A stretch of DNA of 64,000 bases from Haliotis cracherodii. Taxonomy: Eukaryota. Positions 13,108-25,126 of this stretch are shown here, in pieces; positions within the stretch are counted from its first letter, which is position 1; each line of letters begins with the position of its first letter. A model generated the notes under the pieces. The model was not told the origin of the DNA and ran no database searches. It worked only from the letters and a program-made list of their open reading frames with translations. The translations under genes and the position numbers were made by a program. The DNA lies in the NCBI RefSeq assembly GCF_022045235.1, contig NW_027266297.1, forward strand, positions 15,376,001 through 15,440,000, read 5' to 3'.

Positions 13108-13630
13108 TTCATCTTCCCGAGGCAAGGGAGTTAACAGACTTTAAAAGTCCAGTTTCCACCCTTGCCCAGGTAGGCTGGTATTTCGGAAAAATGTTTTGGC
13201 TGGACTAAAGAGTCTAAGCATAGTCCAATAAAAATCGCGTAACGAAATCGGCATCCTGTTTCTAAACAACATAGCATGTGTATCGTCAACTGGGCGTCAA
13301 CAGATATTTTCAAAATTTTTTCATGTTTTCAATCACCATACTCCAGTGATGTGCTTTAATCCACATGCACTGGGTGTCTCAGACTGGGAATGTGAAACTT
13401 TTCTTGGATTAACTTGACCAGATCGTCTTGACAGGGCACCGCCATTTTGTTTAAAACAAATGCCAGTGATACGGGAGGTGGAATCTGATAGGGAGGGACA
13501 CAGAAGGGACATAACTCATAATAGCCACTGGTGGCGCTACGACCAAGCCAAGAAGCGAAATTCCAGCCTAGTTCGGCGAAGGTGGAAACTGGACTTTAAT
13601 AATCAGTTAACACCCTTGCCTCGGGAAGAC
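13108..13630. mobile_element. About 520-bp TIR MITE, unclassified; second copy near 34337-34865
   Basis: TIR TCTTCCCGAGGCAAGGGAGTTAAC / GTTAACACCCTTGCCTCGGGAAGA; internal sequence shared with 34337-34865 (GGGACACAGAAGGGACATAACTC...). Confidence 0.75.
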
Positions 13631-14063
13631 ATTAATCTGAGAATCATACGGAAAAAATCACTACCTACAGGAGAAATAAACTGAAAGTGTATTACATGAA
13701 GTTATCTACACAAAACATGAAGTATTTACAAAACAGCAAAGTATTTGCCATTAGGTTTTTGCTACCTCAAAAATCAGATTTTATTACCATAATTCAAATT
13801 TCCAAAATTCCTCTTGCATGCTTCCATGCATTGCCATGGTTACCATTGTTATGTCTTCATCAATACAGAAGATTTATCAACATGACTAAAAGTCTTCGGC
13901 CATAAATGTTTTTATTCTGACAAAAATCCTTACAATACAAACACAGAGGTCCTTGTTTCAATGCATAACATGACCTGTAGAAAGATCCATTACTGCAAGA
14001 AAATAAGATCAAATATGGCAAGATAATTGATATGTATATGTTCTTGATGTGATGTAAACTTAC

Positions 14064-14144
14064 TTTGACTGACTGAGATTCCCTCGGCTTTTGTGCACTT
14101 GTAATAACATGCGGATTTAAGGCAAAGATTGCTTCCACTTCGAT
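14064..14144 (-). CDS. KIF2A: KIF2A-like exon 3: IEVEAIFALNPHVITSAQKPRESQSVK
   Basis: Continues the conserved 'I.l..If.LNP' motif; tttcag acceptor, gtaagt donor; 81 nt, phase 0-0. Confidence 0.93.
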
Positions 14145-14851
14145 CTGAAACAAACAGCAAATATCAGTTCCTTTGATAACTAAATCGTTAATTGTATATG
14201 TTCTCAACATGCTCATGTCACAGATTATACCAACTTCACCTGTTCAGAAATAATCAAGGGTGGGAACTGCTTACTTCCTTTAATCAGCAACATTTAAGAG
14301 TGAAGTTTACAAAGCAGGTAGGCAGGCTGGGCAGTATGAATTGATAAGAAAGTAGACCTTCCCACAAAGCAATTGTAGCGCTACCTTGTAAGCCAATGTT
14401 AAAGTATGGGGAATATGGTCGGCTTAGTGCTTAGTGCTAAGATCGTTTTGAGGAATGGAACACTAGCCTATGAAAGGTTCAAGGCTAGAAATATTTCAGA
14501 ACAGGTTAAAATTGAAAAGCTAGCTTTAGACATGTTCGAAGCGCTATGATCTTGAAACCCTAATTACAACACATTTTGTGATATTTAACTGACAAAAATG
14601 CTGCATGTCATTAAACGAGTAGTAAGTAATTTCTTTAGTTTTAGCAAGTGTATCGTCTTGTATTGATGCATAAAAAAATGTATCATGTATCGTATCGTCA
14701 CATGAAAACTCACGATGCACCAGTACCGATGCATCGTTTCACCCCTAGTACATACAAAAGTAATTGTAATTATGGTATGCCTTCAATGTTAACTAGATGA
14801 GCACACAATTTGTCTGAATATGGTAAACATGTTAAAGACATTTTCACGTAC

Positions 14852-14946
14852 CTCCTTCCCTTTTGTTTCCCCTTTCTCAAACCATTCAACAGTCACACTG
14901 CGGGACTCGAGATTCACACCGCTTATCACTGCAGAGTGAATACGCC
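14852..14946 (-). CDS. KIF2A: KIF2A-like exon 2: GRIHSAVISGVNLESRSVTVEWFEKGETKGKE
   Basis: Diagnostic kinesin-13 N-terminal motif VTVEWFE.GETKGKE; ctacag acceptor and gtacgt donor; 95 nt, phase 1 to 0. Confidence 0.97.
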
Positions 14947-17344
14947 CTGTAGAGAACAACAGCATTATATCAGGAAGCATAAAGGTTCGTTGTATGAAAC
15001 TATACCAACACAGTGAACAAGGTAACAAAAATACACAATGACAACTGAAAGTTGAAAACTTCAATAAATATGAACAAGGTACAAGGTATGAACCTCGAAA
15101 ATATACATCATACCATCAGCAATGACAAATTGACAGATTAACAATTTATTTGTATGCTGATATCTTAAGCTCACTTTATTTTTTGTTGATTAATGCTACA
15201 TGCCCAGAAATGGGCTTCATGCATTGTACCCATGCAGGGACTCAAACCCAGGCCTTCAACATGGCGAGTGAATGCCTTAACCATAAGGCTACCCAACTAT
15301 CTCTTGTGTGCTTTGTATCATATGTATAATATGTATATGGTCCTGTTAATACTTGTATTGTATCGTTTAGGTAGTATCAGCATGATCAGTGATACTTGTT
15401 ATACATTTGATTAAAGAGTCAACAACACTTGAGTTACAGGGATTTGACACTTAAGTCAAGCTGACATTTACTGGGTACTGTCTTCCCTGGTATCCAGCTA
15501 CTAGAACTCTGCCCAGCAGTGTTTGCATACTGTCATTCACTGTAGGGTATTGGGCAGCTTGATCCTCTGTTAGTCAATTTAGCCCTTGTTCTGGTATTGT
15601 ACCTCAATGGTATTTAGGTCACATAGCCCCAGCTGTTGCAGTCTTAGAAGAAAATGAAGGATTTATATATCATCGATGATAGATTATTAGTTAATGGACT
15701 GACATTTCAGAAGAAGCAATAATGAATCTTGAACCTAAGAAATATCCAACATGAATTAGATCATTGCAGCTTAATTTGAAAAGTAGCTTTTCAGTAGACA
15801 TAGAGCAAAATTTACCCCAATTAACCTTTAGCCTTCTAACAAGTCTATGGCATATGGCATATAAGAACTTGATCAAACATATAATAAAAAGCAGTGGTAT
15901 CTGTAGCACACCCATCCTTGATATTAAGTGTTTTATATCTACCTGTTGTACAATTGTGGCACATGCCAAATTGATCAAAGCTCTGGACCCATTCAGAACC
16001 ATAGCTTTGTCTTGAGTCAAGTTACACAGTTCTTTGGTGATTAAAACAAGCAGCGACACTCATCTAGTACTCGACTCATGGTGTGTTCCCTGTTTGAGTT
16101 TAAGTTGAGTTCTGGGATCCTCAAGGATTGCCCCTGTAGTATTGGAATCTTGCTACCCCTTAATCACTAACTGTTAATATCAGGACAAGGACCTCTTGAC
16201 TTTTTTACCTAATTTCGAAAACACTTGAAATGCCTGCAAGCATGATTATTCACTACCTGTAATATACTCAAGAAACTTCTCTTTTAGATAAAAGTCTTCT
16301 GGTTGGTTATAAACTTTGTTTCAAACTTGACTGAGGGTTTGGTCATACAAGGCCATTATTATGAATGCAGATCTATGATGAAATCTCATTTATGAAAGTC
16401 ATTCTGATTAGAAGCTAATATCAAAGTTATGACCGAGAGACATTCAAGCCTAAGTTAATGCAAACATGGTAAAGAGGGACGGCAATGGTGATGACGGGTC
16501 CAGGTCGTTTATAATAAAAGAATGGAAATACAGGAATTTACTAGACAGAAAATCCTGCATCCTATACCCATGAAAATGACCATCTGCAATGCAGAAAATG
16601 TGCATGTATGTTTAGAAATGAATACTGCTATTTCATAATTTGGTGCCACTTAAAACATATTTAAAAAACAATAAGTCAAATTTGCTTCACAATCTTCAAG
16701 CATTGACTCATGTAGATTTGTTTCATTTCAGGAACTCAATACCAATCATAACTAATGGCCTCCGAGCATGCCCAATCTTACATCCATTGTGGTAGTCCTG
16801 CACCATGACCGTGGAATATATTTATTTTATGAAAAAATAATAATCTAGAAATGCATACAAAAGCAAATCTAGGCAGCTCAAGCTAGCTCTATTCCACATA
16901 GGGAAAAAAAAAAATTTTTAGAGTCAAGAAGGATATTGTGTAATATAAGATTTCAGAGACTAAATGTTAGTCTACCATTGTGGTAGAGTACTGTGTTGTC
17001 AAATTTTACATTTCTCTTGACCTCAATTTTGTAACTTGAGACCCCAATTTTTTTAACCTAGGCCCCTCGCAGTAAAGGCTTTGAGTTCCCTGGACCCTCA
17101 AAATAAATATCTCATATAAATCCCTGGACATAGAATACACTTGATGATCGAGGACGTAGCTCACTTGACTCTCATTGAATTTCGATTTTGAGGAACAAAA
17201 CAGGAACAAATTAATATGTAAGCCATGAAAATCTGCACATGAAAAAAGGTAACCTAAAATATATGTCTAACTGCAAGTCTTGAATCTGACTTGACAGTTT
17301 GGACATGTCACTCCCAAACACTCACTGGCCAACAGGCACAACAG

Positions 17345-17443
17345 GGCCCACTTGCACAAAGTGATCTTAGACTATCGTAAGTCTATGTTAAAATATGGGC
17401 GTTACGATCATCTTAGCGATAAGATCGCTTTATGCAAATGGGC
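17345..17443. mobile_element. About 100-bp palindromic PIF/Harbinger-like MITE (further copies near 9258-9367, 14355-14462, 50777-50884, 60640-60748)
   Basis: GG termini, CWG flanks, internal CTTAGCGCTAAG-type palindromes. Confidence 0.65.
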
Positions 17444-18792
17444 CCTGGTCCACATAAACAAACAAATATATCTCCTTGTGTTGTGTGTCCACTGTGGAAT
17501 GCCAGATCTGTATGAATATCAATCATCATCATGATCATTTGAGTGCAGCGATTGAACTATCGATGCATAGGGACTGTCTATGGTTAGATGGCAATACATC
17601 AATGACAAATTGAAAAATTGACATTAATTCCATGACCAGATTGATTGTTTTTATTGATATAAAATAATGACAACATGAATAATCCCCAAAATGAAAATAT
17701 GTTACCATTTTCAATTATTTTTTTTAATTTTTAAGTTTAAATCTACACCAGACTCAAGTAAGAGCTACTGCCATTAAATATCCTACTAGTATATGGTCTC
17801 TGAGCTAGGACATACTTAGATTGACACCATACAGAATCAAACTTGAAATGCTACATGGTTGGAAGGTAAGATGTTCAGAATACAATTACAATATTATTGC
17901 AATAGTTCTATTACTCTTGCAACTGTATTGAAAAAGAACTTCTAACTATCACAGCCAACATGTAAATGTCGTCAGTAGTCACCCCTGACTATATCACTAA
18001 ACCCTTACATTGAACATGCATCGATATTAGTATGCCATACATGTTTGAGAATAGGCTATTCATTGATGGCCGTTCCTCTGCTGTTCTGCTGGACATGGGC
18101 CAAATAGCAGTTAAAGATTTAGTAGATCTTTCTACAGTGATTCAGCAAGTTCAGATTGGTTTAACTTGTGGGGACAGTGTTATTTAACATGTCCTGCAGA
18201 TTCTTTTCAAATTTGGTAAAGATCTGAAAGAATGACTTATCAAAAACTGAGTGAAGAGTGAGTGAGTTTGGTGTAACCTTGTTAACACCACCTTGAACAA
18301 TATTACAGTTACATCATGGTATGTCAGCTTGATGTAGAAGTAAAGCCCAAAGCAATGCAGGTCTAAGACATTACCACTATGGAGAAACCCATGAGCACAG
18401 GAATAGTGCTGACAAACCGAGAAACATTGAAGCAACAATCATAGATTTCTGGCATGCTCAGGGGGCGCAATTCTGCACAGCGACTTGTGCCCACTAACAT
18501 CATTTGTCTGTAGCATAATAACTCCAAAGTGTTCTAAATCAAGGATTTGGAAGGGGCAGGGAGGGGCCTTTCGGTCCTTTTCTATAGTGCTAACATCTAG
18601 GATAACGACAAGGACCCTTTGATTTTCATGCTTAATTTCAAACACAGCACCTATCATGCCTATCATCATGTTACAAATAAAAATGAGGAAACAACATGAC
18701 AAATAGCCAAAGCAAAAGTCATTAATTTCAATGACAAAAGCTCTGCAAATCTCAAGTGAAAAATGTCATCCCTGTTATAATCACATGCATTC

Positions 18793-19028
18793 AACCTGTC
18801 AAGATCCGGGGTAAAACAGCAACCAATGCTTGTCGTAAGAGATGACTAACAGGATCAGGTGGTCAGACTCACTGACTTGGTTGAAGCATGTCATTGTATC
18901 CAAACTGCGTGGATCGATGCTCAAGATGTCAATCACTGGATCATCTGGTCCAGACTTGATTATTTACAGACGCTGTCACATATCTGGAATTTTGCTGAGT
19001 GCAGCGTTGAACAACAAACAAACAAACA
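18793..19028 (+). mobile_element. SINE family A, head partly deleted
   Basis: Same body and (AAAC)n tail. Confidence 0.8.
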
Positions 19029-20551
19029 GTCATTAACTTCATCGTTCTATTAACTTCTACCAACAGCATGTGAACATTGAATTTCATCATACACTGTTCG
19101 CCACCACAACCACAGGAATGGTGCAGGACTAGGTAGGCCTATGCCACCAGAGATTTATCTTGGATTTCACATTTCATGCCTTTAGCAGGCAAATTGAGAA
19201 AAATTGTTAATTAGTTCAAAATTGTTTTGTTGATTAAAGTTCTTATCTTCTTAATTTCAGATGTAAAACATCATGACCATGATAACATTGCATTCAGCGC
19301 AATAACATTCTTCTCCATTGGTCCTGTTATCAGTGAAATACAAGTCACCTTGACCAAGCCATCACTTTAGTTTGAACTCTATTAACATGAAGTGGGATTT
19401 TTTACTGATATTTGCTGCCGACTCGAGGCTGAATATCAGCCTTTGAGCAGGTATAGAAAGATCCATGTCATCATGCTGTTTCCAGTCGGAGCAATAAGGC
19501 TTCCGGTTCTAGTTTTTAATACATAAATGCACATATCAAAATTATCCAGAATTAATACACTCAACAAATGCTTTATCTTTCAACATGAGTTGTAAACCTA
19601 ATTAGTTATCCCCTCTCCTAATGAATCAAAAGGCTGGACTCAGAAAATTGCATGATCAATAGGATCTGGGCAATCCATTGGGACCCACTCTGCAAACTGC
19701 TGCATCATAGGCTAGGCCAACTACCAAAGCAAACAGGGAGGTTTTACATTCTAAACATGCCCAAGCAACAGGTTCCAAAAGAACTCTAATGTAACCTGTT
19801 GATAGCATTACATTTTCTTGTATGTTTTTCCTAAAGTTTGTCTGTGAATGAAGCTTTTTCTACATTTCACCATATAAACTGTTTAATGACAGTTATTATT
19901 TTCTACCTTTAGCCCCTAATATGAATATAAGTCATATGGGCCTAGTGGCATAACGCACCACAGGTGCGTAAGATCTTGACAGAAACAGATTTTGCTGTAG
20001 ACAAAAAGCAAATGGTCATTATAGGACAAAGTGATAATTTACCATTTCATGAAGATTTTTTCATTATCAATAACAATCTTCTTTTTCAAATTAGGCATAT
20101 TCAAAACATTTTTAAACACTGTTTGACAATGGCCTAAAACCATAATATTATAATATGAAGCCATTGACTCACAAAATACGTCAGTGCGCCTTACATGCCA
20201 TTTACACCATGAAATGGACATATGGCGAACTAATAAGGCTACGCGTTAGAACTCATTTGAATTCAATTCAAGGTCCATGTATGAATCAGCACTGGCAATG
20301 AGGCTAAATGTTTATGTCATGACTGGGTCATACGTTTGACACAACAGTTCTAACATTTTACTTATAAATCCATTTTATGGACCATATATCATGATATTTC
20401 ACGGTGACATGCACCAAAGTTTGACAATAATGCATACTCTTCGGTTTATTCTTTCAAATTTTGGGTTAATAATCATCATATTTATGTTAGCAACCCGGTA
20501 TCATGCGATTGTATTGACATAGAAATGCGACTTCACGCGACTGATTCTCAC

Positions 20552-20606
20552 CGTCAGTGCGCTGAATATCCACATTAACACCAACTTTTAGACCTCCAAG
20601 ATCCAT
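20552..20606 (-). CDS. KIF2A: Kinesin-13 (KIF2A-like) coding exon 1: MDLGGLKVGVNVDIQRTD-G
   Basis: ATG at 20606-20604; the peptide matches the kinesin-13 N-terminal 'G.nVdIqRtDGRIHsA' motif; GTGAG donor at 20551; phase 1 matches the next exon. Confidence 0.93.
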
Positions 20607-20713
20607 GTTTTGAAGTCAGGGTAAACCAGTTAATTAACACGATGATTAACACAGATATAAGGTTATTTTTCAGTTGATATATTGTCCATCCCGTGTGTTC
20701 ATCCGTTGGGATT

Positions 20714-20740
20714 TTCAAATCAAGTCACTGCGCATGCGTA
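20714..20740 (-). promoter_or_regulatory. Putative KIF2A proximal promoter: NRF1-like TGCGCATGCG plus CHR-like TTTGAA
   Basis: TGCGCATGCGTA at 20729-20740; minus-strand TTTGAA at 20719-20714, about 110-130 bp upstream of the ATG. Confidence 0.5.
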
Positions 20741-21206
20741 AGACATATTTCATTGTGGTATTCGTCGATAGACTACTTTATGTTCGTTTGAGGGTCGGCT
20801 TCAAAATATACTGATGACTTCATAAATATCTTTGTTTACTGCCTAAATAGAACACAGCCGCTTATGCCACGATTCGCATATAAACGTCATAACTTTATGA
20901 TAATATAGCATTAACTGGACATAAAGTAACGTGCCTGGGCGTGAAGGGAGCGGTAATGACGCTCAACAGTGTTCAAATGGTATCATGTGGCCGTTTATTA
21001 CTGCTGCAGATTTTACCTCTCTTTCAATGAAAATATAACGTCATTTTAACTACTACGAGATTGATACTTGCATCAGCAGTGTGTGTATTTCTACACACGG
21101 AGCTTACATTATTTTAAAATAAATTACTGTACTAAACATCGCATTGCTAACGTTTGAAATGATAACAAATATAATCAGATAATCATTGAAAATACTGTTT
21201 CTAATA

Positions 21207-21475
21207 ATTGGTTGGTTGGTTTGTTGTTGAACACCGCACTCGGCAATATTCCAGCTATATGACGGCGGTCTGTAAATAATCGAGTCTGGACCAGACAATC
21301 CAGTGATTAATATCATGAGCATCGATCCACGCAATTGGGATCAATGACATGCATCAACCAAGTCAGCGAGCCTGACCACCCGATCCCGTTAGTCGCCTTT
21401 TACGACAAGCATAATCGCCTTTTACGGCAAGCATGGGTTGCTGAAGACCTATTCTACCCCGGATCTTCACGGGTC
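21207..21475 (-). mobile_element. SINE family A, full length
   Basis: TSD GTTTCTAATA at 21197-21206 and 21476-21485. Confidence 0.9.
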
Positions 21476-21928
21476 GTTTCTAATATAACGATTACTGATG
21501 CAATGTATACTTTTGAATGCGAGAGAAGTTGACCCTTAATTGTTACTCTATCTTGTAATTACTTATCGCATATTTTCTCCGTTGATCTATTCCTAATATA
21601 ACCGCAAATGCAAACTCGGAATGTATAAACTACCAATCATATTAAAATCAACCCTTTTACTCTGATACGATACCTCTCTATGCTTAACCCAGTTACAGGT
21701 CGGATTGTAATGGGATTGATAAACCATAAAAAATCATCCGGTTTTTTCTTACTCTCACTACAAATAATAAATATTTTACATTTGGAATCGGAAGATGATA
21801 CTGTACTTTAACATTATTTATTTGTATGCAGTCTGAAGTCAGTTTTGATATTTAACATGTATTACTTTAGAAATTCGTATTCGTTTTAAATTAAAATTAC
21901 ATATGTTCGTCTGATCATGTTAATAGTC

Positions 21929-22087
21929 GGGCGATCGGGTAGCCTAGCGGTTAAAGCGTTCGCTCTTCACGCCGAAGACCCGGGTTTGATTCTCGACACG
22001 GGTACAATGTGTGAAGCCAATTTCTGGTGTCCCCCGCCGTGATAATGCTGGAAATTGCTATAAGTGGCGTAAATAAAACTCACTCAC
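21929..22087 (+). mobile_element. SINE family B
   Basis: TSD TCATGT(T/G)AATAGTC. Confidence 0.88.
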
Positions 22088-23802
22088 TCATGTGAATAGT
22101 CCATGGAATATACCTGTGCATAGTCTCCACTGTTGGTCGAACATTTACACACGCTCGCAGTGAAGATTAGTGGCTCAGTTAAATAATTAACGAATCAAAC
22201 GAGCACAGTGTAAGGAACCATTCTTGGCGTCACAAGTCTTCATTATGCTGGAATACTACAGAAACGGATAACCCACACGAGATGCGTGTTTTACCGTAAA
22301 AGCGTTAGAAGCGGACGTACAATTACCATTGATGTCGTCATTGAAATGCCCGGTCTAGATTTGTAGCCTTGTATTGCTTCAAGGCGCCACTGAAGGAAAG
22401 AACCTTGTCTGTCATACAGACCCTAAAACAAATATTTGCAATACAGCCCTTGCAAGTCTAAAATGTTTGGCAAGTCTAGATTACTGCAGTATCAGGACAA
22501 ATGAAGAAAGTGGGGAGGAGATCTGGACTTGGTTGAAGCATGCGATCCAAATTGCGTGTATAGATGCTCATGATATCAATCACTGGATCGTCTGTCCGAA
22601 CCCGATTATTTACAGACCGCCGTCATATGGCTGAAATATTGGAGTGCGGCGTAAAACAACAAACCAAGCCTTTAACTATATCATTTGCAAAAAATGCCTA
22701 CTCATTTTTTTTATTACCGTGGAATATTTAACTTACAAATGTGGACCTGCACCTTTAACAAATTACATGAATTCACTTCATATATAAAACAATGGGACAA
22801 AACACAACCTTTGCCTCGGAATTTCATTATTTCATGACCTGTACTTCACAACTGCCATTGAGGTTGTGAGTCATGATCGCCACTAGACTCATCATGGCTA
22901 TATAGTATGACAAATGGAATATGTTGCAATAACCATAATTGGTTAATATCGAGAAATGAGCGCGATTATACAGCGCCATTTCTTCGTGTCTGTCTTAAAA
23001 CTGAGAGCTTGGTTTTCAGCTTTAGTTTAAAGTTTGTAAGCGATTATACAAATGATAACGCGACAGCATTCACATGGCGCATTAGCCGTGTTTGTTTCTC
23101 TGGGTATTGGTTGTGATTCGCTGTGCGGGTGACATAGAGGTTATCACGCGAGTGTGTTTGGGGATGGTAAATATCCTGCATTAGGAATAAACATTGTATT
23201 TAGCGAGCCTTGGCGAGCTAAATACATAGTGTTTATTCCTAATACAGGATATTTACCATCCCCAAACACACAAGTGTGATAACCTCTTTATCATATAATG
23301 TCATTCTTTAATTCTGTGCTTCAAAATCGCTTTCCCTCTCTCACAAGCATTACCGAAACATTGCGAGTTTTCCTGGAATGCGCGCATTAATGTTTATTAC
23401 GTCACAGGGTAAGTGATGTGTCAGTCGGACAGTGACAGTAGCCAATATAGTTCCAACTGAAGTCTGTTTCTTATACTGTGGCGAAGCAACATATACGCAA
23501 AACAACAACTGTTTTTAATTGCTTTTCGCGGCAATCCATCGGTCTGTCCGCTAGAGTAACTGCCCTTTGTCAAAGGGAAGCTACTCTAACCCTAGTCTAT
23601 GAGACGTCACGGCCACGGTCAGACGTTGTTGACAGTCGGTCTGTCCTGTCATAACGATAAGAAGTGTAGTCAGATGTACACACAGCGACAAAACGAAACA
23701 AGGTAACAATTCAAACATATTTCTGCCAAATACAACTATTTTAATTTGTGGAGGAGGTTTCAAGGCGCAGAGGCCTACAAGCACAGGTATGGCTACTGAT
23801 CC

Positions 23803-25126
23803 CACAGGGCCACGTATAGCCATACTATACTGACTGTGCAGACATTTACGACTTTATTGTGTATGAAGTGTCACATGACAATGAGGTAACCTCCAAATGG
23901 TTTCAGAGTTTTGTCACTGATGAGGTAGTCAGAGATTCCCAATCTGAAGAACGGAAAACAAGCAGACAGGAACTTTTGGAGGAAGTAATCCGAAAATACA
24001 CATGTATGTCTTCCGCCCAGTTCCGGAAGGAATTTAAAAGAAAAATGAAAGCCAAGAAAGAGGAAGCACACCGAAAGCAAATAAGAATGAGAACTGAGAA
24101 GACCAGTGATTCCAAAGCATCCAACGAAATTGGAAAACTAAAATTCAGTGAGGACAAGAGTTCTGGACACATTGCGACACACAGACGTTTGCAAAGTGAA
24201 CTACAGTTAAATTCATCATACTTTGAATCTTGTAATTTTCGAAAACTCAAGTTAGAAATGCTATGTAAGGCCTATGGTCTTTCTGTTTCAAAAAAATCAA
24301 CAAAGAAAGACTTGGCAGCTAAACTTGCCGCAGAAATTTCTACCGTGGATAGCATACCCAATACAGAATATCTAGACCTTAAAGACACAGACTCAACTAA
24401 AATTACACCAACAGCACCATGTTCAACAGCATCATGTTCAAAAGCATCATGTTCATTTCAAGCACCTGATGAAGATCTCCCGCGTGCAAAAAGGCAGAAA
24501 ACCACCAAATCAATTGGAAAGGGAAAAGGAAAAGGAAAATCTAGGCAGGAGATAACTGTATTGAATCCATGCACAAAATGCAAAGAAGAGTGTTCTTTTG
24601 ATTATATCATTTGTGACTTGTGTGGCAATGTATACCATTTCAAATGTCTATCCCTTCAAGACAATGAAGAAGAGTTACAGTCAGATGAATGGTATTGTAC
24701 TGACTGTCAGAGTACAATTTACTGACAAAAGTTTACATGTGACTCGCAGTGTTGTATTATAATTAGACCAATGGTTATTATGTTTACTTGTTCATAAATC
24801 TATTTTTATCATGTGTCATGTGAGAAATATTATCTGATCAATATGCACATTAGTGGTGACAATGCTCTGTTTCTTTGTTGATGAATCTATTTTGGTCTTG
24901 TATGATGTCGGACAATGACAGACTGTCAGTTGTTGATCTCAGTATTCCAGTATGTTTCATGGACATTATTACCAGAAAAATTACATTATGATATTTGTTC
25001 TTGTGAAGATAGTAAAAATTATAATTACTATCACATGTTGAACTATGCTTGTACAGGTTTGAATCTTGCATGTGAATTATCTTCAGATATTTTTGTCAGT
25101 ACAGTATGGCTATACGTGGCCCTGTG
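23803..25126 (+). mobile_element. Non-autonomous TIR DNA transposon, 1324 bp (P-element-like termini CACAGG; hAT not excluded)
   Basis: 32-bp TIRs at 23803-23834 and 25095-25126 (31/32 identical); perfect 8-bp TSD ACTGATCC at 23795-23802 and 25127-25134. Confidence 0.92.
23859..24725 (+). CDS. Transposon-borne ORF, 5'-truncated: helical/basic region, SAP/HeH-like motif, GK repeat, C-terminal PHD finger
   Basis: 288 stop-free codons, and the frame stays open back into the left TIR; C4HC3 PHD CTKC..CDLC-GNVY-HFKC..WYCTDC at 24570-24707; KLKLEMLCKAYGL..KKSTKKDLAAKL SAP-like at about 24237-24327; first in-frame ATG at 24006. Confidence 0.75.
   Translation: MYEVSHDNEVTSKWFQSFVTDEVVRDSQSEERKTSRQELLEEVIRKYTCMSSAQFRKEFKRKMKAKKEEAHRKQIRMRTEKTSDSKASNEIGKLKFSEDKSSGHIATHRRLQSELQLNSSYFESCNFRKLKLEMLCKAYGLSVSKKSTKKDLAAKLAAEISTVDSIPNTEYLDLKDTDSTKITPTAPCSTASCSKASCSFQAPDEDLPRAKRQKTTKSIGKGKGKGKSRQEITVLNPCTKCKEECSFDYIICDLCGNVYHFKCLSLQDNEEELQSDEWYCTDCQSTIY

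Noticed and set aside
17947-17957. TATCACAGCCA, identical to the miR-2 family 5' end
   Set aside because: The 3' half diverges and no complementary arm is seen; it lies at the end of a degraded MITE-like sequence
23903-24250. Antisense ORFs inside the PHD ORF
   Set aside because: Shadow ORFs of the real coding strand with no recognisable motif
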